From Gammaproteobacteria bacterium (lineage in GTDB: Bacteria; Pseudomonadota; Gammaproteobacteria; Ga0077536), in contig JAIEQK010000011.1 of NCBI GenBank assembly GCA_019747795.1, positions 7,737-71,736 on the forward strand: DNA of 64,000 nucleotides, read 5' to 3'. Of the stretch, positions 18,571-26,911 are shown piece after piece; the first letter of the stretch is position 1; the number at the start of each line of letters is the position of its first letter. The notes under the pieces are model-generated. The model worked only from the letters and a program-made list of their open reading frames with translations. It did not search any database and was not told the origin of the DNA. The translations under genes were made by a program, and so were the position numbers.

Positions 18571-18936
18571 TCACTTCGCTGCCACGCGGGGCCGCGCGGT
18601 CTTTGCTGGCCGGCAGGACACCGACGCAAGGGCGTCGACGCACTGCTCGGGATGGCCCTGGCAACACTCGTCGGTGAGGAAGGCCACCAGCGCCTGCACC
18701 GCCGGCAGCAGCGCCCGGTAGCGTTGGAAGCGCCCCTCGGAGGTCACGGCGACCAGGCCCGCATGGGTCAGGGTCTTGAGATGGAAGGAGAGGTTGGCCG
18801 GCGTGACGCCGAGCGCGGTGGCGATTTCGCCGGCCACCAGGCCCGTGGGCTCGTGGCGCACCAGGAGGCGGAAAGTCTCCAGGCGCACAGCGGAGGACAG
18901 GGCCTCGAAGACCTTGCTGGCATCGGCAGAGCGCAT
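18571..18936 (-). CDS. arsR: ArsR regulator with C-terminal CC-x6-C site
   Basis: NLSFHLKTL..AGLV...EGRFQRY; FLTDECCQGHPEQC. Confidence 0.92.
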   Translation of the reverse strand: MRSADASKVFEALSSAVRLETFRLLVRHEPTGLVAGEIATALGVTPANLSFHLKTLTHAGLVAVTSEGRFQRYRALLPAVQALVAFLTDECCQGHPEQCVDALASVSCRPAKTARPRVAAK

Positions 18937-19061
18937 GTCGATTGATTCAATGCTTAAAGAGACATTAAAACGTCGTGGCGCCTGCGTCGTCAACCGACGC
19001 TGGGCATGCACGGGCGTTCAGGGTGCCGCTCACGACCCGGCGCGAACGCCGCGCCGGCCGG

Positions 19062-19745
19062 TCACTCGCTTCGCGGGGCTTGGGCCGGCGGCGCGAGCCG
19101 CTGGTCTTCGTTGCGATGCCGCAGGTCCTGCTCGAGGTTCTCGATCTCGACCTGCTTCAATCCCAGTGCCGGCTCGCTCTGCAGGAAGCTGGTCCAGGAG
19201 GTCTTGGACTTGAAGTGCTCGAGGATCTCGGCATTGATGCCGTAGAGCTCGTGGTTGCGCTTGCGCGCCGCGGTGAGATCGGCACGAGTGGCGGTGAGCT
19301 GGGTCTCGAGTTCGCCCTTGGCGGCCAGCGTCGCGCGATGTTCGGCCGCGAGCTCGCGGCACTTGGCGACCGTGTCACGGAGGCGTTGTTCGGTCTGCGC
19401 GAGGCGTTCGCCGCTGCCGGCGAGCTTCTTGTCCAGTGATTCGGACTTCCGTGCGGCGAGCTCGAGATCGGTCGCGAGTTCGTCTCGCGCGTGCTTTTCA
19501 CGCGCGAGATCGCGCTCGAGGCCTGCGATCTTCACCTGCGCGGCGGCGTTGTCCGCCTCCAGGCGCGTGCGCTGCTCGGCGAGCTGTCGCAGGAGTCCCT
19601 GGGCGCGATTCAAGGCCTGTTGCAGGGCGGCGGGATCGGCGGCGGCCTGTTGCGCCTGCGGCGCTGCGACGTGCGCCACGAGCAGCGCCGCGGTGAGCAG
19701 GCGCAGGCGCCAGCGGCCCGCGGCCCGGCGCTCAGAAGTTCGCAT
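19062..19745 (-). CDS. Exported coiled-coil protein of the TpsB-ExbBD-TonB-porin cluster
   Basis: Signal peptide; long heptad region; C-terminal EP.LGLKQVEIENLEQD; overlaps porin stop. Confidence 0.75.
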   Translation of the reverse strand: MRTSERRAAGRWRLRLLTAALLVAHVAAPQAQQAAADPAALQQALNRAQGLLRQLAEQRTRLEADNAAAQVKIAGLERDLAREKHARDELATDLELAARKSESLDKKLAGSGERLAQTEQRLRDTVAKCRELAAEHRATLAAKGELETQLTATRADLTAARKRNHELYGINAEILEHFKSKTSWTSFLQSEPALGLKQVEIENLEQDLRHRNEDQRLAPPAQAPRSE

Positions 19746-21483
19746 TTACGTCGACCTGCAGGACATCCATGCTGAACGGCACGCCGTCGATTTCGTCGCT
19801 CGACATCCAGCGCGTGCGCAGCCAGGTGCCGCGCGTCAGGCCGTAGTCGGCGCCGATTACGTAGCCTTGCGTGTTGGTGCCGCCGAGATTGAAGTTCGAG
19901 TCGGTGAAGGCGTCCAGCATGGAGTCGCGCTGCAGGTAGCGGTAGTAGCTGTAGAGCGTCCACTCGCCGGCGCGGTCGACGCAGTGACTCAAGGCCTGGA
20001 CCGTATCGCAGGCATTGCCGACCTGCATGCCGAGATGCCAGGCCAGCGATCTCTCGGGCACGCGCAAGCCGGTGCGACCGGCGATCTCGCCCTCGTCATA
20101 ACCGATGTTCTTGACCAGCTCGCCGGTCAGCCACACGTCCGCCGCATCGAAGCCCGAGTAACGGTACTGCATCGAGAGATTGATGAGCGTGAAGTCAGCG
20201 GCCAGGCCGAACAGCTCGGAGGTCAGGTCGAGATCGTTGCGCAGGTCGTACAAGGTGTTGCCCTTGACCACGTTGCGCGGCGCGGTCCAGTCGCGCAGCA
20301 CGCTGTTGAACTGGTTCCGCTGACCCGGGATGTTGATGTAGTCGTGAAACGCGAAGGCGACGGTCGCCGCCTGGGTCGTGGTGAAGGCGAAGTCGATGCC
20401 GGCCTGACCGCCCCACAGCCACTTGTCGTTTGACTTGTCGTCGGCGACCGGCAGCTCGTTCTCCAGCAGCGGATAGGCGCCGACGGTCAGGAACACCTGG
20501 CGCTTCGGGCTCGCGGGGCCCGACACGGGATCGAGGAACCACAACGGCTGATGCACGCTGACGGCGAAGCCTTCGAATGCCAGGTCGTTGTCCCACAGCA
20601 CGTCGGAGGGCGTGAAGTAGGGATTGGGGATGCGGCCACCGCGAGCGAACACGCGCGAGAAGCCATCCGCGTCGCGCTGGTTCCAGCCTATCCACAGGCG
20701 GTCTACGTTGAACTCTATCGGGTCGCCCTGCCGGCCGAGCGACTCGTTCATGGAGATCGGGTTGTCCAGGCGGCCGGTCACGAAGCGCAGGCCGACATCG
20801 ACATTGTCGGCGACCGTGGCGTCCAGCGACAGGCGCGCGCGCACGCGCGTGCGGTGGCGGTCCTCGGTGGAATTCAGGAACGCGTTCTGGCCGGCGCGGG
20901 TGATGCCGCCCGCCTCGTTGATGGCCTGGAAGTTGGGCAGAGAGGCCGGCTGATTGCTGCTCGCGAAGTAATCGCCCTGGTAGCGCAGGCGCGCATCGCC
21001 GCTCCAGCGGAGCGCGGTGACCCAGGCCGGCAACGCGTCCTTCAGACCCCAGCGCTCTTCCTTGGCCTTGGCGACCACGTCCGCGGTGACGTCCTTGCGC
21101 AACTCGGCGCGCACCTGCTCGCGAATCTCGTCCTTCACGAAGTTCGGGACATAGGGCACGCGCACCACCTTGCCGGCGGCGGCGGTCTTGTCCGCGGCCT
21201 GGTCGGCGGGCGCCGTCTCCACCACGGTCTCGCGCGCCGCATCGGCGCGCGCGCGCGCCGCCGCCTCGTTCTTCAGCGCCTGGGCCTTGGCCTCCGTCAG
21301 GATGCCCTGTTCCACCAGCGCATCGACCAGGTTCAGGATGGTGTTCTTCATTTCGAGCAGATCGGTGCGCTCGTCCGCCCAGGCGGTGGCCATGGGCAGG
21401 GCGAGCAACAGCGCCGCGGCGGGGCGACTCAGGACTTTCATCGGATGGAGCGGAACTCGAGGCTTGAGGTTCGTGGACGGCAT
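19732..21483 (-). CDS. Putative outer-membrane porin (Porin_5-like) with N-terminal periplasmic extension
   Basis: Signal peptide; NLVDALVEQGILT; VVRVPYVP; WSGDARLRY; FNLGGTN; C-terminal VDVNANF; alternative start 21441. Confidence 0.85.
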   Translation of the reverse strand: MPSTNLKPRVPLHPMKVLSRPAAALLLALPMATAWADERTDLLEMKNTILNLVDALVEQGILTEAKAQALKNEAAARARADAARETVVETAPADQAADKTAAAGKVVRVPYVPNFVKDEIREQVRAELRKDVTADVVAKAKEERWGLKDALPAWVTALRWSGDARLRYQGDYFASSNQPASLPNFQAINEAGGITRAGQNAFLNSTEDRHRTRVRARLSLDATVADNVDVGLRFVTGRLDNPISMNESLGRQGDPIEFNVDRLWIGWNQRDADGFSRVFARGGRIPNPYFTPSDVLWDNDLAFEGFAVSVHQPLWFLDPVSGPASPKRQVFLTVGAYPLLENELPVADDKSNDKWLWGGQAGIDFAFTTTQAATVAFAFHDYINIPGQRNQFNSVLRDWTAPRNVVKGNTLYDLRNDLDLTSELFGLAADFTLINLSMQYRYSGFDAADVWLTGELVKNIGYDEGEIAGRTGLRVPERSLAWHLGMQVGNACDTVQALSHCVDRAGEWTLYSYYRYLQRDSMLDAFTDSNFNLGGTNTQGYVIGADYGLTRGTWLRTRWMSSDEIDGVPFSMDVLQVDVNANF

Positions 21484-22166
21484 CAACTGCGCGAGGAGAT
21501 GCGGATTCGGATCGGCTGCGGCAGGTCCTCGGGCGGCGCATGCGACAGGCGCAGACCACCGGCCAGCGCACGCCGCACGGCCTCATCGACGGCCCGGTCG
21601 CCGGTACCGCGCATGACCTCGGCCTGCTGCAGACGGCCTTCGCCGTCGATCCAGATGCGCACGACCACCGCGTAGCGGCCCTTGTGCATCTCCGAGATGT
21701 CGGCGAGCAGGGCCTGCAGTTCGGTCTGAATGACGCCGGCGTACCACTTCTTGCTGTCACCGCCGCCGATGAGCGCGCGCCCGCCCTTCTTGGCCTTGAG
21801 ACCAAAGCCGTCCGCGCCCGCGACGCCGTCGGCGTCGAGGCCGAGATCGTCACCCGGCGGCGCTTCGTCACTGGGCTGCTCGGCCACCGGCTCCGGCTCG
21901 GGTTCGGGGACATCCACTTCCTGCACTTCCGGCGGCGGTTCTTCCACCTGCGGTGGCGGCGGTGGCGGGGGAGGTGGCGGCTGCACTATGGAGATCTGCT
22001 GGATCTCGGGCGCCTTGGGTGCGTCCGCGCCGCCCATGCTGCCAAAGAAGACATACAGGCCTGCGCCGATCACGAGGACGACCAGTCCGGCGGTGATCTG
22101 CGCGCCGTAGCGGCGCCAGAAGCCGTCTTCACTGTCGTCGTCGGCGTCGAATCTTGGTTCCATCAT
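21483..22166 (-). CDS. TonB-like energy transducer
   Basis: Single TM; poly-Pro/PEPEP linker; TonB C-terminal domain (RIWIDGEG..GTGDRAVDEAV..PQPIRIRI). Confidence 0.88.
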   Translation of the reverse strand: MMEPRFDADDDSEDGFWRRYGAQITAGLVVLVIGAGLYVFFGSMGGADAPKAPEIQQISIVQPPPPPPPPPPQVEEPPPEVQEVDVPEPEPEPVAEQPSDEAPPGDDLGLDADGVAGADGFGLKAKKGGRALIGGGDSKKWYAGVIQTELQALLADISEMHKGRYAVVVRIWIDGEGRLQQAEVMRGTGDRAVDEAVRRALAGGLRLSHAPPEDLPQPIRIRISSRS

Positions 22167-22573
22167 TTGACGAGCTTCTGTGTGACGAGTCCGATTTGCG
22201 TGATGCCTATGCGGCCGCACATGTCCAGCACGTCGACCACCAGTTGGTACTGCACGGTCGAGTCGCCCTTGATGATCACCGGCAGGCCGGGATCGGCGGC
22301 GTGCAGGCTGCCGAGGCGCGACTCCAGTTCCTGGATGGTCACGGGATAGGTGTCCAGGTAGATGGTGCCGTCGGCGGAAATGGTCACCGCCTTGGTTTTG
22401 GGCGTTTCCAGCGGCGGCGCGCTGCTCGCCTGCGGCAGGTTGACCTGTATGCCCTGCACCGCGGCGGTGGTCATGATGATGAAGATGATCAGCAGCACGA
22501 AGGTGAGGTCCACCATCGGCGTGATGTTGATGTCGTCGTAGGGTTCGTTGTCGCCCTTGAGTTCCGCGGCCAT
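22163..22573 (-). CDS. exbD: ExbD/TolR biopolymer transport protein
   Basis: INITPMVDLTFVLLIIFII; IKGD..VQYQ.VVDVLD. Confidence 0.93.
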   Translation of the reverse strand: MAAELKGDNEPYDDINITPMVDLTFVLLIIFIIMTTAAVQGIQVNLPQASSAPPLETPKTKAVTISADGTIYLDTYPVTIQELESRLGSLHAADPGLPVIIKGDSTVQYQLVVDVLDMCGRIGITQIGLVTQKLVK

Positions 22574-22593
22574 GGCTAGGATCCCTGCCGCGC

Positions 22594-24414
22594 TCAGCGA
22601 CCGTAGTACTCGTTGACGCGCGCCATGAACTCGTCGGCGAACACGTGCATGTCGGCCGAGATGTCCTTGACCCGCGCGCCGAGGTAGTTGTAGCCGAACA
22701 GCGACGGTATCGCGACGCCGAGGCCGGCCACGGTGGCGAGCAGCGCGGCGGCCATGCCGGGCGCGATGGCGGCGATGTTCACGTCGCCCGTCGCGGCAAT
22801 CGCGGCGAAGGTCACCATCACGCCGACCACCGTGCCGAGCAGACCGATGAAGGGCCCGCCGGAGATCGCGATGGTGAGCAGTACGAGCTGGCTGTTGAGC
22901 TTCTGGCCTTCACGCACCATGACGGCATCGAGCACCGCGCGGAGCGACATCATGGCCTTGTCGTCAAGCCCCACGGGCGCGGCGCCCACCGCCGGTGAGA
23001 AACGCGAGCGGACCTCGTCCAGGCCGCGTCGGTACACGCGGAACAGCGGCGAGTCCTTGAAGGCGCGAGCGCGATCGTAGAGTGAGGTGAAGCCCTGGTT
23101 GGGGTCGTCGACGGTCGGCGCGAGCGCTTCGTAGGCGGTCAGGAACTGCGCGGTCGCCTTGCGCGCGCGACCGAGGGAGATACCCTTCAGCACCATGACC
23201 AGCGCCGCGATGATCATCATCACGCCGCACACGCCGATCACGAGCTGTTCGACCAGCGCGTCCTTGTTGCCGAACACGCTCTGGAAAATGATGGTGAAGT
23301 GCCCGACGGCGTGGGCTTCGCCCTCGCCACCGGCGGCGCTGTCGGCGGACTCGTCCGCTGCGTAGGTGATGACGCGGTCGTTCTGCGTGCCCTGCACGGT
23401 GCTGGCGAGTGCCAGGTATTCGGCACTGCGCGCGACCGTGCTCACTTCGACTTCGTCGAGCGCGACGGCCACGCGCGCGCTGCCGTCGCCGACGCCGCCT
23501 AGAGTGATGGGGCCGTCGAGGTCAGCCAGGGTCACCGCCGCGCTGCCGGCCAGGCGACCATCGACGAACAGGCGCAGTTCGCCGCCGCCCGCGCTGACCG
23601 CGATGTGCTGCCAGGTGGCGGCGACCAGCGGCGTGGTGCTCACCACGCGTTGGCCCGCGTACTCGACCGAGAGTTCAGCGCCATTCACGGACACCGCGAG
23701 CCGCTGTCCTGCGCCGCTGCGCTCGACCAGGCGTGCGGCGCCGCTCGGCAGGCTGTCGAAGCGCGTCCACATCGCGATCGTGAAGCCCTTGTCGGCGGTG
23801 AAGCGCAGTTGCGGCGCGTCGGCCACGGTCAGCACGTTGCTGCCGTCGAGCAGCGCGCCCTGGCCGATCAAGGACGCCGGGTTGGGTACCGCGGTGCCGC
23901 TGACCTGGGTCTGGTAGGCGGTGCTGTCGGCGAGCAGCGTGGGGCCTGCGAAGTGCAGAGCGAGCGCGGTGTCCGCGTCGAAGCTCGCGCCTGGGTCGGC
24001 GGCATCGACCGCTTGCGCGTTGCCGAAATACATGAACAGGCGGTTGTCCGGCGTCTGCGGATTGACCACCGGCAGCTTGACCCACACCAGGGCCATCTGC
24101 GCGGCCGCGTCGAACTTCTCGACGTGGTACTTGAGCGGCGTCTGGTCGTCGCCCGCGACGAAGCGCAGATCGAGCCCGCCCTCGCGCACGTTCAGAAACT
24201 GCGGGAAGTTGCCCGCATGCAGGCGCAGGAGCAGCGGCGCATCGTTCACCGCCGCGGCGAGATTCGCGCCGGTGGTGCCGGTATCGACGGCCAGCGGTTT
24301 GCGTTGGGTCCATTCCTTCGCCCACCACGCGCTGGCGGACTGGGTGAAGGCGAGGGCGAGGGCGCAGAGCGCGCAGCGCAGGTAGGTGGAGCGTCGAAGC
24401 GTGGCTAGGCTCAT
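22594..24414 (-). CDS. DUF2341 + LamG/ConA-like + MotA/TolQ/ExbB fusion
   Basis: Signal peptide then WW..W..RK; DLRFVAGDDQTPLKYHVEKFD; WQHIAV..LFVDG..LDEV; GPFIGLLGTVVGVM..ALLATVAGLGVAIP. Confidence 0.88.
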   Translation of the reverse strand: MSLATLRRSTYLRCALCALALAFTQSASAWWAKEWTQRKPLAVDTGTTGANLAAAVNDAPLLLRLHAGNFPQFLNVREGGLDLRFVAGDDQTPLKYHVEKFDAAAQMALVWVKLPVVNPQTPDNRLFMYFGNAQAVDAADPGASFDADTALALHFAGPTLLADSTAYQTQVSGTAVPNPASLIGQGALLDGSNVLTVADAPQLRFTADKGFTIAMWTRFDSLPSGAARLVERSGAGQRLAVSVNGAELSVEYAGQRVVSTTPLVAATWQHIAVSAGGGELRLFVDGRLAGSAAVTLADLDGPITLGGVGDGSARVAVALDEVEVSTVARSAEYLALASTVQGTQNDRVITYAADESADSAAGGEGEAHAVGHFTIIFQSVFGNKDALVEQLVIGVCGVMMIIAALVMVLKGISLGRARKATAQFLTAYEALAPTVDDPNQGFTSLYDRARAFKDSPLFRVYRRGLDEVRSRFSPAVGAAPVGLDDKAMMSLRAVLDAVMVREGQKLNSQLVLLTIAISGGPFIGLLGTVVGVMVTFAAIAATGDVNIAAIAPGMAAALLATVAGLGVAIPSLFGYNYLGARVKDISADMHVFADEFMARVNEYYGR

Positions 24415-24423
24415 GGCGTCAGC

Positions 24424-24457
24424 TTTATATGATGTTCTCGTTACGCTCTCGTGACAG
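24424..24457 (-). promoter_or_regulatory. Pho-box-like promoter CTGTCAC-GAGA-GCGTAAC-N10-TATAAA
   Basis: 7-4-7 direct repeat, 10-nt spacer, -10 hexamer 9 nt before ATG 24414. Confidence 0.65.
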
Positions 24458-24528
24458 TTGCGCTGCGCGGTCAGGACCCACGGTCGCCACCCTAGTCGAG
24501 CAGCGAGTCATGCGTGTGACGTGCGCGT

Positions 24529-26154
24529 TCAGAAGCCGTACTCGAGACGAAAATGCACGCGCGAGTCGCCGCTCGCGATGGTTCCGGAGTCCTTGAAGGG
24601 CGTGGCCCAGTCGAGTTCGGCCTGGAGCGCTTCGTAGGCGCGCAGACGGAAGCCGAGACCCGCGCTCCACAGCGTTGCTGTCGCGTCCTGGGCGGGCAGC
24701 GCGTCCTGGGTGCGACCGCTGGCGCCCTCCACGAAACCGTGCACGCGCGCGCTCGATAGCGCGGTCCACAGCCGCTTGGCGAAGTCGGGCGAGCGCAGTT
24801 CGAGCGAGGCGCGCAGGCCGTCGTCAAAGAACTGCTGGGATTCGAGGTAACCGCGGATGCTCTGTACGCCGCCGACGCCGAACTGCTCGTTGCTGATCAG
24901 CGGCGCGGCGGCGACCTGGCCGTCGAGCGCGCCGAACATCTCCGCGCCGCCCGGGAGGGGCTGCAGGTGCGAGAGCCGCGCATTGAGATAGATGAAGTTC
25001 GGCTTGGCGCGAAAGCGCTTGTCGGCGAATTCGCTGGTGCGATTGCCCATGCCGCGCAGCGCGAAGTTGAGCCCCGCGCTGAACTCGGTCTCGCTCGAGC
25101 CGCCGAGATACACGCCGCTGTAGAGCGCGCTCAGCACGTGGTAGCTGATGGGCGTGTTGAGCGTGTCGGCGCCGAGCAGCTGGATGGACTCACCGAAGTC
25201 CTTGTAGTCTCCGCCGAGCGTCAGGCTCTGGAAGAAGCTGCCGCGCGCCGGCAGCGGCAGGGTCGCGCGCACCCCGCCGATGATGCCGTTGCCCACCACG
25301 CCGAGCGTGCCGACCGCGGCTACGTCGCTCGTGGTCTTGACGCCGTAGAGCGTGAAGACCTTGTCCGAGTCCGGCAGCCGGAAGCTGTAGGTCGAGGAGA
25401 ACACCTCGACGTTGTCGCGGTTCTCGGGCGCCACCTGGTAGGCGGCCGAGATCGCGTGTTCGCGCTGCCACAGGTTGCCGTAGCGCACTTCGGCGTTCAG
25501 CCGCAGCCTCTCGGTGTTCTGCGTGAAGCGGTCGTTCAGTTCGAGGCTCGCGTGCACGGGCAGCTTGTCCTCGACCCTCAGCTCCACTTCGAGCGTGCCG
25601 GGCGTCGAGCCCGGGCGCAGCACCGGGGTCACGCTGCGGTCCGGGCTCGCCTGGTTCAGGCGCTGGAGTTCCTTCTGCACGGCCGGTAGATGCGGCACAC
25701 CGCCCTCGGCCAGGGCCGGCACCTGGGCGCGAATGCGACCGAGGGAGAAGTATCGCGAGCCGGTGACCTTGAGCCGCTGCACGCGCCCTTCGACCACGCG
25801 CAGTCGCACGATGCCGGCGTCCACGTCCTGCTCGGGGATGTCGATCAGCACGGTGCCGTAGCCGCGTTCCTTGTAGACCTTCTCGAGCGCGCCGCGCGCG
25901 GCCTCGACCGTGTCGATGGTCTTGTCCGGTCCGAGATGGGGGTAGACCGCGCGCTCGATGAGCTCCGCGTCGATGAGCGTGTTGCCCTCGACTTGGTATT
26001 CCCACACGTCGAAAGTCGCGTCGTCTTCCTCGGCGGACGGTTCCGAAGCGGGTGCTTCCTGGGTCGGCGCTTCCTGTGCGGCAAGGTCGACGGTCGTCAA
26101 CAGACCGGCTATGCAGACGGCACCGATGGCAGCCCGCGCCAGGACTCCGGTCAT
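24529..26154 (-). CDS. ShlB/FhaC/HecB (TpsB, Omp85 superfamily) secretion protein
   Basis: POTRA (YQVEGNTLI..YKERGY..VDAGIVRLRVVEG); IRGY (VRGY-like) motif; C-terminal RLEYGF; signal peptide from MTGVLARA. Confidence 0.9.
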   Translation of the reverse strand: MTGVLARAAIGAVCIAGLLTTVDLAAQEAPTQEAPASEPSAEEDDATFDVWEYQVEGNTLIDAELIERAVYPHLGPDKTIDTVEAARGALEKVYKERGYGTVLIDIPEQDVDAGIVRLRVVEGRVQRLKVTGSRYFSLGRIRAQVPALAEGGVPHLPAVQKELQRLNQASPDRSVTPVLRPGSTPGTLEVELRVEDKLPVHASLELNDRFTQNTERLRLNAEVRYGNLWQREHAISAAYQVAPENRDNVEVFSSTYSFRLPDSDKVFTLYGVKTTSDVAAVGTLGVVGNGIIGGVRATLPLPARGSFFQSLTLGGDYKDFGESIQLLGADTLNTPISYHVLSALYSGVYLGGSSETEFSAGLNFALRGMGNRTSEFADKRFRAKPNFIYLNARLSHLQPLPGGAEMFGALDGQVAAAPLISNEQFGVGGVQSIRGYLESQQFFDDGLRASLELRSPDFAKRLWTALSSARVHGFVEGASGRTQDALPAQDATATLWSAGLGFRLRAYEALQAELDWATPFKDSGTIASGDSRVHFRLEYGF

Positions 26155-26238
26155 CACAGGTCGCTCAGCGACCGGGCTCGAGGCGCGCGAGGAGAGTAAC
26201 GGGACGCCATCGAGGGTGCGGAGCAACATAAGCCGCGC

Positions 26239-26272
26239 ATCATGGCGACGATTTATGACCAATGCGTGACGT
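26239..26272 (-). promoter_or_regulatory. Pho-box-like promoter ACGTCAC-GCAT-TGGTCAT-N10-CATGAT
   Basis: Same geometry as the 24424-24457 site. Confidence 0.6.
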
Positions 26273-26335
26273 TTATGTCGGTTGTTGGTGTGATGGCAGA
26301 GGGCGCTTACATGCATGGGCTCCGCCGAGCGCCGA

Positions 26336-26879
26336 TGGACCCTCGCTTTCGCGAGGGTGACGGAGAAGTGAAAACTCGACGTGCTCCGTCATTCCTGCGA
26401 AAGCAGGCATCCATGGGCTTCGCCAACCGCAGATGGACCCCTGCTTTCGCAGGGGTGACGGAGACGCCATGCTGACGCCCAAAGTGACGTGGTCGCCGAG
26501 GCCTCCAATCCGTCATGCCTGCGAAAGCAGGCATCCAAGGGCTTCGCCAGCCGCAGATGGACCCCTGCTTTCGCAGGGGTGACGGAGAAGTGAAAACTCG
26601 ACGTGCTCCGTCATTCCTGCGAAAGCAGGAATCCAAGGGCTTCGCCGATCGCAGATGGCCCCCTGCTTTCGCAGGGGTGACGGGAAAGGAGACGTCAGGG
26701 TCGTCACGTCGAGCCTGCGTAATCAAGCATCCATTGGCTTCGCCCGGCGCCGATGGACCCCTGCTTTCGCAGGGGTGACGGAGAAGTGAGAACTCGAAGA
26801 GCTCCGTCATTCCTCCGAAAGCAGGAATCCAAGGGCGTCACTGACCGCAGATGGATCCCTGCTCGCGCGGGAGCGCCGG
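26336..26879. repeat. REP/BIME-like array of about 11 alternating inverted palindromic units
   Basis: TGGACCCCTGCTTTCGCAGGGGTGACGG alternating with CCGTCATTCCTGCGAAAGCAGG(A/C)ATCCA; linker AGAAGTGAAAACTCGACGTGCT recurs. Confidence 0.9.
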
Positions 26880-26911
26880 CGGAGCCTCGGCGCGTCGCCG
26901 CTTCTCCTTAC

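Noticed and set aside
15254..18936. ArsA/ArsD paired with Acr3 instead of ArsB as a novelty
   Set aside because: This arrangement is already known in many ars operons.
3994..19061. Arsenic island as a discrete mobile element
   Set aside because: No integrase, transposase, tRNA or terminal repeats were seen.
26336..26879. Possible CRISPR array, or the short ORFs predicted across it
   Set aside because: Units alternate in orientation, linkers repeat rather than being unique, and there are no cas genes. The ORFs are repeat translations (WIPAFAGMT-type).
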